Assembly: GCA_040388985.1 (NCBI GenBank) | Contig: JAZKAU010000001.1 | Location: forward strand, 59,359-123,358 | Direction: 5' to 3' | DNA from: Patescibacteria group bacterium | GTDB lineage: Bacteria > Patescibacteriota > Minisyncoccia > Phycocordibacterales > Phycocordibacteraceae | DNA: 64,000 bases | In this document: positions 44,105 to 52,907 of the stretch, piece after piece | How positions within the stretch are numbered: position 1 is the first letter of the stretch | Layout of the letters: each line of letters starts with the position of its first letter | Made by a program: the position numbers and the translations under genes | Notes under the pieces: model-generated | The model's database searches: none | Seen by the model: only the letters and a program-made list of their open reading frames with translations | Told to the model about the DNA's origin: nothing

Positions 44105-44130
44105 CTGGCTGTGTGGGACAACGTTGGAAC
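44105..44130 (+). repeat. 26-bp direct repeat, copy 2 (att-like)
   Basis: Identical to 43505-43530, exactly 600 bp apart. Confidence 0.9.
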
Positions 44131-44134
44131 CAAT

Positions 44135-44530
44135 TTAACTCTCCACCACTACCTTTAGTTTCTGCAATATAGTTTCTATGTTGGTTTCGGAAAATCGCTC
44201 GCTCACGGCACCTTCCTTGACCCATACCCGATAGTCTAACTCACACTTATCCGGTTCAAATGGTTTGAAAATATATACAACGTGATGGTTGTCATCCTTC
44301 TTAGTCATTTCAAACATAAATCCATCTTCAAATGCAGTTATTTCAAATTCGCACCAACCACCACTTTGGTCCTGGCTTCTATATATAGTTCCAAGTTTTA
44401 CTGGATTTTCACTCGCCTCTTCTTTCACCACACCATCTACCCATCTTGGAGTGTTATCGGGATTGGTAGTGAAGTTAAAAACTTCGAAGGCAGGCTTATT
44501 TATAATAATGGTCTTCTTCACACTATTCAT
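44135..44530 (-). CDS. SRPBCC/polyketide cyclase-like protein
   Basis: TIIINKPA.EVF.F.TNPDN.PRW; C-terminal LQKLK..VES helix. Confidence 0.8.
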   Translation of the reverse strand: MNSVKKTIIINKPAFEVFNFTTNPDNTPRWVDGVVKEEASENPVKLGTIYRSQDQSGGWCEFEITAFEDGFMFEMTKKDDNHHVVYIFKPFEPDKCELDYRVWVKEGAVSERFSETNIETILQKLKVVVES

Positions 44531-44600
44531 GTTCCAAAGTATACCAACTAATGGCTGGGTGAGTTTAGAACTCTTAATTGGAATGAGATTGAGCTAGAAT

Positions 44601-44909
44601 TTATTTCTTTGACTGTCCCCACTGCCATCGAGGTTTTTCTCCTCTCTTGTAGCAGATAAAAACAAGTAGGGCGGTCAGTGCAATGATGGGTAATGCGAAT
44701 GTCAGGAAATTGCCTCCCGAATCAGGATTTCCTGGAATATCTTTTTCTCTCGAGATTACGGAGGTCATGATGAGTGCAACATACGCGAGAAGAACGCACC
44801 ATCCTTGCCATTTTACTGGAATCCAACCCCAGCCATAAAGTTTGGCCTTAAACCAATAGCCTTGTGGATTGTCTCTGAGATATGCAATGTACATTGTCAG
44901 AAAACTCAT
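44601..44909 (-). CDS. Small two-TM membrane protein
   Basis: YWFKAKLYGWGWIPVKWQGW, GEKPRWQWG. Confidence 0.75.
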   Translation of the reverse strand: MSFLTMYIAYLRDNPQGYWFKAKLYGWGWIPVKWQGWCVLLAYVALIMTSVISREKDIPGNPDSGGNFLTFALPIIALTALLVFICYKRGEKPRWQWGQSKK

Positions 44910-45149
44910 ACAAATCAGTATAGCTTAAATTGGTTAACTCCGAGGGTACGCGAAGCTTGCTCTCGTTCGTCTCCACAGAAAAGAAAATGCCCCTCAGAAG
45001 GGGCGCTTTCTTATCGTTCCAGTTCCCCGAACATCACGTTAATAACATACCGCTCACATTTAATAGGGAATACATGAGTGGGGTGGCTCAACAGCTGTGT
45101 TAGATTAGGCTTATGGAAAGGTTTTCTGAAGTATAATGAGCAAACCCAC

Positions 45150-45755
45150 ATGAACTCTGTCTCAACATTCATCTTTGATTGTTTCGGTGTGATCTGTCAC
45201 CCTGCCGTACACGGCTGGTATGAAGAAAATAGATTAAGGCAAGGATATTCTGATGAACATTTACCGGCAATTTTAGAACAGTTTGACCTCGGAAAGCTAT
45301 CTGAAGATGAACTTGTTGATTACTTCCTGACATACGAGGGAATTAATTCCACAAAAGAAAAGATTCGTGAGGAGATAGATAGCCACTTGGGTTTAGATAC
45401 TGAATTAGCTTCGACTATTAAGAAGCTAAAAGAAAGTGGTTTCAAGACAGCTCTACTATCAAATGGTAACGAGTCTTTCTTTGAGAGAAAGGTCTATCAA
45501 GAATATCCTCAATTCAAGGATCTATTTGATGAAATTGTCATTTCTTCTTCAGTCGGAATGGTAAAGCCTAACGCTGATATCTATCTGCACACTCTCCAAA
45601 TAGTAGGGTCAAGACCTGAAGAATCATTATTTATTGATGACCGTAAGGTAAATGTAGACGCCGCAACTATGCTCGGTATGAATGGCTATGTATATACGAC
45701 AAGTTCTGCTTTCTCTGACTATTTGAAAGATGTGGGTGTTAGTCTTGGGCGGTAG
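45150..45755 (+). CDS. HAD family phosphatase
   Basis: FIFDCFGVI, LLSN, KP, FIDD. Confidence 0.9.
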   Translation: MNSVSTFIFDCFGVICHPAVHGWYEENRLRQGYSDEHLPAILEQFDLGKLSEDELVDYFLTYEGINSTKEKIREEIDSHLGLDTELASTIKKLKESGFKTALLSNGNESFFERKVYQEYPQFKDLFDEIVISSSVGMVKPNADIYLHTLQIVGSRPEESLFIDDRKVNVDAATMLGMNGYVYTTSSAFSDYLKDVGVSLGR

Positions 45756-45909
45756 GCCCAGAAGTTATATTCGCCTCAGTCTCTGATGCAAAGCAGCCCT
45801 ATGTTATAAGGCTGTTTTGGTTTGCTCCCCCTCGTGGACAAGTTCAGAACTGCGAATTGGGTTGGTATTAAGAGCGAACTTCAGTTCAGTGGCATTCTCA
45901 GCTTCTTTC

Positions 45910-46473
45910 CTACTGCCATAAGCTCTCAGTAAATTCGGGTAGCTTTTCAGCCAAAACATCCATTTCCCGTATGCCTTGGCGCATAATGGTTGGGGTAATT
46001 TTGAGCTTACGGAACTTAATCATCCCGTCCTCCTTCTTTGTCTTTGTATCTACTCTTACATAGCCCTCTGTATCTAGAGTTTGCCATTTAGCGTGGGCTA
46101 TCTTGTTTCTCAGAGTACTAAGCGTTTCAAGCTGTTTTCTGATTGATGCTAGTTGGCTGCTCTTTAAGACCTTCTTCTTTTGAGCCCAATTAACCATCGG
46201 GAAGGCAAGGTTATAGAAAAGCTCTATTTTTGCCGATACTTCCAAATCCTTAATGATGGTATAGCCCTCGTAATGGGAACGGTCATTGATAAGGTTAGCT
46301 ATTTCTACGTCCAAGCTATGCTCCAAATTGCTAAAGCTAATCAGGAAAGAACCTATGTGGATTGCGTACTTTTCCTCTTGCGCTTCCGTTAGTTCATCGC
46401 CAGCACCGTCATATTGGTCTAGCTCCTCATACTTAACTTCAAGAGCTTTTGGTTGCTTGGCTTTAGCTTTCAT
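45910..46473 (-). CDS. Hypothetical protein with a HEPN-like RxxxxH motif
   Basis: Helical; IGSFL..FS.LE..L and LRNKIAH. Confidence 0.65.
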   Translation of the reverse strand: MKAKAKQPKALEVKYEELDQYDGAGDELTEAQEEKYAIHIGSFLISFSNLEHSLDVEIANLINDRSHYEGYTIIKDLEVSAKIELFYNLAFPMVNWAQKKKVLKSSQLASIRKQLETLSTLRNKIAHAKWQTLDTEGYVRVDTKTKKEDGMIKFRKLKITPTIMRQGIREMDVLAEKLPEFTESLWQ

Positions 46474-46765
46474 TGCTTTTTACAACCTTTTTGGATACCG
46501 CATCAACAAACAACCTAAAAGCAGGTCTTTTCTCCTTCTCGTAAACAACCTTAACCCCAAGGGTATGACCCTTTGGACAGGAAAGCTCCTTCTTGGAAAT
46601 TGCTACGCTTGGCTCATTTATTCGGTCTACGTACATTCGGCGCAGGTTGCCAGCCCCGTCCTTCTGGTAAGAGCAAATAACGGAACTGCACTTCCTGCAC
46701 GAAATTCTCAAAAGCCGTGAATAACCTCCGCGTGCCTTCTTGTATTTGTCGTTCTTAAGCTTCAT
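46463..46765 (-). CDS. Small Zn-ribbon protein
   Basis: CRKC...YQKDG.GNL.RMY.DRI...CPKGH. Confidence 0.7.
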   Translation of the reverse strand: MKLKNDKYKKARGGYSRLLRISCRKCSSVICSYQKDGAGNLRRMYVDRINEPSVAISKKELSCPKGHTLGVKVVYEKEKRPAFRLFVDAVSKKVVKSNES

Positions 46766-46773
46766 ATCAAAGA

Positions 46774-47130
46774 TTATCTTACGATTTGAGTATCAAACCA
46801 TTGCTCCTGAAAGTGAATAGCTGACATAATTTCATCATCAGTCATTTTAATTCCCTCAGGCACAACTACAAGCTTATCGTCGTCATTATCTTTACGATGT
46901 GCAATAGCTATACAGACACCTTTGGCACGGTTAAGAGGTTCGGCTACTCCTAAGTAATAGGCATCTAGGTCTTCACCATCAGGAGCTTTTATTCCTTCTA
47001 TAAATCCATAGTTGGCTTTATACACAAAGCCGTGTTTAGGGTGCTTAGAACCAAGAGTGCGGTCCATAACAACCTCAACCTCCTTTCCTAAGTATTCTTT
47101 TGCAAGTTCAAAGGATTTAGAGGTTTCCAT
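46774..47130 (-). CDS. Minimal family I inorganic pyrophosphatase
   Basis: NYGFI, DGEDLDAY, DDKL. Confidence 0.85.
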   Translation of the reverse strand: METSKSFELAKEYLGKEVEVVMDRTLGSKHPKHGFVYKANYGFIEGIKAPDGEDLDAYYLGVAEPLNRAKGVCIAIAHRKDNDDDKLVVVPEGIKMTDDEIMSAIHFQEQWFDTQIVR

Positions 47131-47662
47131 ATAAAAAGTTTCGTACCTGCTCAATAGGTTTTATCTGCATATAGGTCTTGTGATCATCTTCAGCAGATAG
47201 TTCAGCCCTTGTAAGGGAATATCCTTCAGGGATAAAAACAGCGTCCCAGCCATAGCCACCTTCACCAGCAGGTTTCTCAGGAACCGTTCCATCCATACCT
47301 CCTTCAAAATAGCTCTCGGTCTGTCCATCAAAGTAGCCAAAGACACAACGTGCCTTTGCACCCCGTTCCTTACCGTCTAGAAGCCGACACAGGCCTTCAA
47401 GCGAAAGCTCTTCAAGAAACCACTTAATAAACGTGCCAGGCAGTCGTCCCAAAGCCGTAAATTCAAGTGCAACATCCTCAACGAGAACTGGACGCTCCAC
47501 TTGAGCATATGCTTGGCGAAGCTTGTGTTTTACAACCTCTTTCAAATCAAGGGACTGAACCTCGTCCAAATCTACCTTTACGTGTTCTATGGGATGCCCA
47601 AGTAGCTGACCGAGATAGTCAGCTTTCTTCTGGTTGCCAGTGATGAATACAACCTCTTTCAT
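47117..47662 (-). CDS. HAM1/ITPase-family non-canonical purine NTP pyrophosphatase
   Basis: FITGN.KK, EVQ, VEDV, LPG.FIKWF, GYGWD.VF; C-terminal SHR motif absent. Confidence 0.88.
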   Translation of the reverse strand: MKEVVFITGNQKKADYLGQLLGHPIEHVKVDLDEVQSLDLKEVVKHKLRQAYAQVERPVLVEDVALEFTALGRLPGTFIKWFLEELSLEGLCRLLDGKERGAKARCVFGYFDGQTESYFEGGMDGTVPEKPAGEGGYGWDAVFIPEGYSLTRAELSAEDDHKTYMQIKPIEQVRNFLYGNL

Positions 47663-47664
47663 AA

Positions 47665-48642
47665 TTACTTGTTGCCTACTTCCTCAAATAGGTCTGTGTC
47701 TATCTTTTCTCCCTTTAAGTACTGCTGAATGCACCAATCGCGCATCTTCACGCGCCAAGCCCAAAAGTCGGGATTGCTAGTAGGGTCTTCTTCAGAACCC
47801 TTATCCTTACCACTAGCCCATATGGTCTTAAGTACTAGAAAATCGTCAGAGTACTCACTTAACTTTGGTAAGTCATATGCAATAGCTACACTATCCAGTT
47901 CTGCTATATAACGTGCAATCTGTTCATTACTAAAGCGATAGCGAACCTTGCCTTCAGGCCACATCCTTCCAAAGAAAACATTTGTAAGTCCGTCATATCC
48001 AACGGGACCGAAGCTTGCAAGCTCAAAGTCAATAACGCCATTAGGCAGAATGTTATACGCGTTCAGGTCTGCCTGTATGTAGCCCCACGGTAATGAAAGG
48101 GAACGTTCTGAAGCACGTTCAATTGCCTCCATAAATGGCTCCCTCATCTCTTCAGAAGGTGGGTTATTTCTGATTACATTTGCAAGGGCAATCATTTGAG
48201 CCATTGCTTCCTTGTTCTGAGGAACAAAATTCTTTGGGTTGAACTGCGCCTCGCAGTATTTCTTTACCGCCTCAGTAAATGCATCAAATGTGGCATCACT
48301 TACTACGCCATTTTCTTTGGTTTCCTCAGTGAATTGGTCTGCGAAATTTCTATCACCAATGCTGCTTTCAATGAAGTAGCTTTCTCCTGTCGGAAGTACG
48401 CCTTCTGCTAGAACTTCAGGGACTGGAAAGCCGCGTTCGTGAAGGTCTCGCGTGATATTAAGCTCACCAGCAATCTCTGCTGCACTGTGTGTACGAAGGT
48501 AAGCTGTCCTATCTGTGTTTACGTAAATATCACCACCCATAAGGCGGTCTTTCAGATAGTTGTACGCTATGCCATTCACAGTTATAGCTTCTTTGCCTTT
48601 TTCCATAGTGGGTTCTGTTTGGAGCTTTTCCATTACATTCAT
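47665..48642 (-). CDS. APH/choline-kinase-like phosphotransferase
   Basis: PVPEVL, QADLNAYNI, VIDFE. Confidence 0.8.
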   Translation of the reverse strand: MNVMEKLQTEPTMEKGKEAITVNGIAYNYLKDRLMGGDIYVNTDRTAYLRTHSAAEIAGELNITRDLHERGFPVPEVLAEGVLPTGESYFIESSIGDRNFADQFTEETKENGVVSDATFDAFTEAVKKYCEAQFNPKNFVPQNKEAMAQMIALANVIRNNPPSEEMREPFMEAIERASERSLSLPWGYIQADLNAYNILPNGVIDFELASFGPVGYDGLTNVFFGRMWPEGKVRYRFSNEQIARYIAELDSVAIAYDLPKLSEYSDDFLVLKTIWASGKDKGSEEDPTSNPDFWAWRVKMRDWCIQQYLKGEKIDTDLFEEVGNK

Positions 48643-48683
48643 ATTAGCTTAAATTGCTAGGCATTGTAAACTATTGTAAAGCG

Positions 48684-49928
48684 ATGGAAGACGACACATT
48701 CAACTACTTTAACGTAGATATAAATCTCCTTGCCCTGCACGTATTGCTTGAAGGGGCTTTTAGAGGACAAAGCATTTTTACCCTTGAGCGGTTCCTGAAG
48801 GGCAACTACTGGAAGATTGAAGAAATTGAGGAAGATATAAGAGACACCAACGACTACAGTTCTGTTGAAGACCTTGTAATGCATCAGGTCATAGGAATGG
48901 TTGAAGCTCTTGAACTAGGCACAGTAAAGCGAGTAAGCGTGGCTAATCTCTATGGGCTTACAGAGCAAGTTGCAAGGGAAGCTGTAGAAACTAAGGACGG
49001 TACTGAAGACGACGTTGCTTATTACAGTTCTCTCATCAGTGAGCTATACGACCTGAGGAAAAAAGAAGAGGAACAATTTAGAGAGCGACTTGATGCTGGA
49101 TTGCCTTACTCAGAGGCACGTACCAATAGGGCTGACTTTACCAAAGACGACTTTGGAAGGCATATACAAATTATTTCTGCTATATCAACTCCATTCATAG
49201 AGCTAGAGATAGATTTTGACGAACTTAAGACCCAAGAAGCCGACAAATTAATTCATGACTATATACATTCATTTTCGCAGGATGATTATATTGAAAAGAA
49301 GCCATTCTATAGGCAGAAGCGCTTCTACTTTTCAAAGCAGCTTGAGAACTTCTTTGAGTACATCCAGCGTTTTCCTGAAATAGATGGGTATGTAAACATC
49401 CCTTTCTCTGCGCTTAGTGAGCAAGGATTTGAAGTGGTAAAAGTAATGACCTACTTGGAAAGAGAAGCGCGCTTAAAGGTTAGGAACTGGGACGATATTG
49501 AGCTATGGAATGTTAAGTTTCATAAAACTCCAATTACCCTTGCTTCTTTATTGGGACAGGAAACCAAGACCGAGATTAAAGCGATAGATAAGAGCGAGAT
49601 TAAGCTGAACTTAAGTTTTTCTCCAGAGACAGCAATGATGAGCCTGACAGACCAGACGGGCACAGAATATAAAGTTAGGGTTCAAGGGCAAGTTCAAAAG
49701 GAAGTATTACGTGTGATATTCAAAAACCCCAAAGATACGTATACCGAGTGGAGTTTATACGACATTAGCGAGTTGCTTGGTGGACAGGACGTAAACGAGA
49801 CAGCCGTTAAGAACGCCATCTATCAATTCAATAAGAAGACCAAACTTCACCTCCCACAAGTAGAAAATCTCTTTGAGCTGACCAAACATTCAGCACGACT
49901 CAATCCAAAATACGTAAGTCCAGACTAA
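48684..49928 (+). CDS. Hypothetical protein with a possible C-terminal winged-helix domain
   Basis: Long acidic ORF; tail VLRVIF..WSLYDISELL..VKNAIYQFNKK is wHTH-like. Confidence 0.65.
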   Translation: MEDDTFNYFNVDINLLALHVLLEGAFRGQSIFTLERFLKGNYWKIEEIEEDIRDTNDYSSVEDLVMHQVIGMVEALELGTVKRVSVANLYGLTEQVAREAVETKDGTEDDVAYYSSLISELYDLRKKEEEQFRERLDAGLPYSEARTNRADFTKDDFGRHIQIISAISTPFIELEIDFDELKTQEADKLIHDYIHSFSQDDYIEKKPFYRQKRFYFSKQLENFFEYIQRFPEIDGYVNIPFSALSEQGFEVVKVMTYLEREARLKVRNWDDIELWNVKFHKTPITLASLLGQETKTEIKAIDKSEIKLNLSFSPETAMMSLTDQTGTEYKVRVQGQVQKEVLRVIFKNPKDTYTEWSLYDISELLGGQDVNETAVKNAIYQFNKKTKLHLPQVENLFELTKHSARLNPKYVSPD

Positions 49929-49984
49929 GCAAACTTAAGTAAGGCAACAAATAACCTGTAGGGACAACCTACGGGTTGTTTCTT

Positions 49985-50149
49985 ATGCAGGAAACTATCA
50001 GCCCAGAAAAGCCAAAAGAAAGCTTCCAAATACAGAAGCTCTCACTGGAAGAGCGAGACCGCTTAGTTAGCTTCTTTGCGCTGCTTCTCAAGGTTGATAA
50101 GCGAGTAAATCCTGCACTTTACCAGATTAAGAAAACACAAAATGATTGA
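49985..50149 (+). CDS. Small hypothetical protein overlapping the rep start
   Basis: MQETISPEK...LVSFFALLLKVDKRVNPALY..*; 54 aa, absent from the ORF track. Confidence 0.6.
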   Translation: MQETISPEKPKESFQIQKLSLEERDRLVSFFALLLKVDKRVNPALYQIKKTQND

Positions 50150-51302
50150 TACCGTCTGTCTTCTCATACCGAAAGACAGAATTACCGTAGTTGATATGTC
50201 TCAGCGCGGAGTACCTTCTTGGAACCTGCACTCAAGGACAGACCAATACGATAAATACGTAAAGAACCCTTCAAAACGGGACTTGGATAGTGGGCAGTAC
50301 TTCCCGCGTCTAACTGGCTACAAGCGCAAAAGCTTTGCCCAAGAAGCAAATGTACGGATAGAGTTTTCAGCTCCAAAGCTGCTCTTCCTGAACAATCTTG
50401 ACGAGCTTACGGATAAGGACTTTCCACGGCTCATTGAGACACTTCAAGACCGACTTATGACTATGGGAATTGTTGTATCAAAACCAGTGTTGGCAAATGC
50501 TTCTGTAAGCTCAGTGCACTTCTCAAAGAATATCTTGCTTCAAGACGGTTATACGTCTAACCACCTCATTTCTGAGATGAACAAGATAGACCTTAGGAAG
50601 AGCTTTGATTTTGCACGGACTAGGTACATCAATGACGGTCAAAGCTTGTACGCTCATACCACCGCACATCAGCTAGTTATCTACGACAAAGTAGCTGACT
50701 TGGGCAAGGACAAGAAACGAGCGATAGACAAAGAGCAGACACCTTACCAGCGGAACCTGTTTGGCGAGTTGCTGAAGGATAAAGACGTTAAAGAGATTAT
50801 CCGCTTTGAGGTACGTCTGAACCATAAGCAGAAGCTCAATAAGCTCTTGGAGCAGTTAGGGTACGACAAGAACCCGACCTTCAAGCAGGTATTCCGAAGT
50901 GATGTGAGCAAAGCAGTAGTTATGGACTACTGGAAGAAGTTGATTAAGGAGCGGAACCTAGGACTGTTTTCTATCGCCATTAGCATTAAAGACATATTGA
51001 GGACGTTGTTTATGGCAGACAAAACCCTGAAGCCGAAACAGGCAATCTATCTGCTGGGTCTCTTTATGCTTGCACGTGATGAGAACGGAATGCGACAGCT
51101 AAGAAGTATCGTCTCAAAAAGGTCTCACGATAGAACGTGGTATCGGATAGCAAAGGATATGCAGAACGCCAGTGCACTTATTACTAAGAACAAGCTTAGG
51201 GACTGGGTCTCACAGCTTGATAAAGGTTTGGACGATTATCAGCCGTATAGGGTATCAAGAGATGAAGAAAACAAATCAGACAAAGGCAAGAAAGCTTCTT
51301 AA
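50142..51302 (+). CDS. Phage/plasmid replication initiator-like protein (gene II/X, Rep_trans-like)
   Basis: MIDTV, IEFSAPKLL..NN, VHFSKN, IYDK, IRFEVRL. Confidence 0.7.
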   Translation: MIDTVCLLIPKDRITVVDMSQRGVPSWNLHSRTDQYDKYVKNPSKRDLDSGQYFPRLTGYKRKSFAQEANVRIEFSAPKLLFLNNLDELTDKDFPRLIETLQDRLMTMGIVVSKPVLANASVSSVHFSKNILLQDGYTSNHLISEMNKIDLRKSFDFARTRYINDGQSLYAHTTAHQLVIYDKVADLGKDKKRAIDKEQTPYQRNLFGELLKDKDVKEIIRFEVRLNHKQKLNKLLEQLGYDKNPTFKQVFRSDVSKAVVMDYWKKLIKERNLGLFSIAISIKDILRTLFMADKTLKPKQAIYLLGLFMLARDENGMRQLRSIVSKRSHDRTWYRIAKDMQNASALITKNKLRDWVSQLDKGLDDYQPYRVSRDEENKSDKGKKAS

Positions 51303-51405
51303 ACGGAACTTCTTTATGGAAGCTCTCGTAGTGGAGTTGGATGCTGAAAAGAAGTGGAAGAGGGCAAAGAAAGCACAGAAGAAAGGACGGACGCTGTCCA
51401 CTTAG
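51262..51405 (+). CDS. Small basic hypothetical protein
   Basis: 47-aa ORF overlapping the rep stop. Confidence 0.4.
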   Translation: MKKTNQTKARKLLKRNFFMEALVVELDAEKKWKRAKKAQKKGRTLST

Positions 51406-51439
51406 TAGGTTTGTTATGTAAAGAATTGTAAAGTAATAT

Positions 51440-51619
51440 ATGACTATGCAAAAAGAGTTTTACACGGCGCAGGAGCTAGCCGATAAGCTTCAAGTTAATG
51501 TTATGACTATCTACCGCTATATTGGCGCAGGTAAGCTTAAGGCGCATAAAATTGGAAAGTCGTTCCGTATCCCAAGGGCTACTTTTGAGAAGTTCCTTGA
51601 AGCCACTAAAACTAAGTAG
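51440..51619 (+). CDS. Excisionase-like HTH_17 DNA-binding protein
   Basis: FYTAQELADKLQVNVMTIYRYIGAGKLKAHKIGKSFRI; below the ORF-track length cutoff. Confidence 0.88.
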   Translation: MTMQKEFYTAQELADKLQVNVMTIYRYIGAGKLKAHKIGKSFRIPRATFEKFLEATKTK

Positions 51620-51622
51620 CTT

Positions 51623-52096
51623 ATGAAAACACTTACAGAATTGAACAGCAAATGGTGGTACCGACTACTGAAGGTACTCTATATAATCCTAGCTCTGATT
51701 ATTCTAGGAGTATCTATAGCACTTATAGTCGTATCAAATGCGCCAGAGTTTGATAACAAAGCATCGTATGTGCAATGTGATGATGGACGTACTTTTCCTG
51801 TAGATAAAATAGGGATGTATAGCGATTTTGTTGATAGCTATAACGATAGAAACTTCCGCACGTGGTGTGCAACCACTCTAGTAGAAGAAAACGGTGTACA
51901 AAAACTGAAGCCAATAAATGGGTTCGTGCCAGACGAAAAGAACTTTACTTTTGTGGCTAAAGAAACTGCACGCAACTGGATGGGCACTATAGGGTATTCG
52001 GTTATTGCTCTTGTTGTAGTGCTACTACTATCCGAGCTTCTTAGGAGGATGTTCTACTACATAACTCTGGGTTCCATACGTCCTAAACGGCAATGA
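51623..52096 (+). CDS. Two-TM membrane protein
   Basis: WWYRLLKVLY; TM helices at both ends; RMFYYI. Confidence 0.75.
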   Translation: MKTLTELNSKWWYRLLKVLYIILALIILGVSIALIVVSNAPEFDNKASYVQCDDGRTFPVDKIGMYSDFVDSYNDRNFRTWCATTLVEENGVQKLKPINGFVPDEKNFTFVAKETARNWMGTIGYSVIALVVVLLLSELLRRMFYYITLGSIRPKRQ

Positions 52097-52907
52097 AAGC
52101 AGTAAATGTCTCAAGAGTATCAACGGAAGAACAAAAAGAAGCTGGTAATTCGCTACCCGCTCAGTTTGAGCGCATAGACAGCTACTGCAAGAATAAGTCC
52201 TTTGATGTAATTGAGACATTTAGCTTTGACGAAAGTGCTTATAAAGAGAAGCGAGACGAATTTGATAAGCTCCTTGAATTTGTTCAAGAAGCCGCAAAGA
52301 AGGAAAAGATAGCGGTTTGCTTTGATAAGGTAGACCGTTTGTCTAGGAGTGTCTTTGACACTCGCGTCGCCACTCTCTATGAAATGGCTGTTGCTGACAG
52401 GATAGAACTGCACTTCGTTTCAGAAGGACAGGTCATCAATAACAAAATGTCAGCCGTTGAGAAGTTTCAGTTCGGAATGAGCTTAGGTCTAGCAAAGTAT
52501 TACTCGGACGCGATTGGCGATAACGTCAGACGTGCCTTTGAGCAAAAGCGCAGGAATGGAGAATTACTAAGGACATATATGACAAAAAGCATCAGGACTA
52601 CCACGACCAGCTTCAGGTCTTGGAAATTGAAATGTCAGAACACAGGAAAGCAGATTATGACTACCAAACCACGGTAGCTACAGTGCTTTCTGTCGCTCGC
52701 AGGGCAAAGCAAATCTTTGAAAGTTCTGAAGCTGCAGAAAAACGAGCGTTCCTGAACTACCTACTTCAGAACCCGAGTGTAAACGGAAAAAAGCTATATT
52801 TTTCAATAGCTTCTCCGTTCAATCTAGTCCTAGAACTAGCTGATAACCCTAACTGGCTCCGCGGGCAGGATTCGAACCTGCGACCAAGTCGTTACACATT
52901 ATCCTAA
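52093..52907 (+). pseudogene. Large serine recombinase, internally deleted and frameshifted
   Basis: RVST..Q..SL..Q, ESA, DRLSR catalytic domain, then an out-of-frame jump near 52562 to the coiled-coil/C-terminal part (ITKDIYDKK...EKRAFLNYLLQN...WLRGQDSNL). Confidence 0.85.

Larger units (their letters stand above)
43157..52860. mobile_element. Composite genomic island integrated at the 3' end of tRNA-Asn
   Basis: Visibly AT-richer; serine recombinase reading into the tRNA; xis-like and Rep-like genes; several att-like scars at 43194, 43505, 44105 and 45822. Confidence 0.85.

Noticed and set aside
43505-44130. 26-bp direct repeats as a CRISPR array
   Set aside because: Only two copies, 600 bp apart, and no cas genes in the window.
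43157-52860. Island as a prophage or classical integron
   Set aside because: No capsid, terminase or tail genes, no tyrosine integrase IntI, and no attC-type sites recognised.
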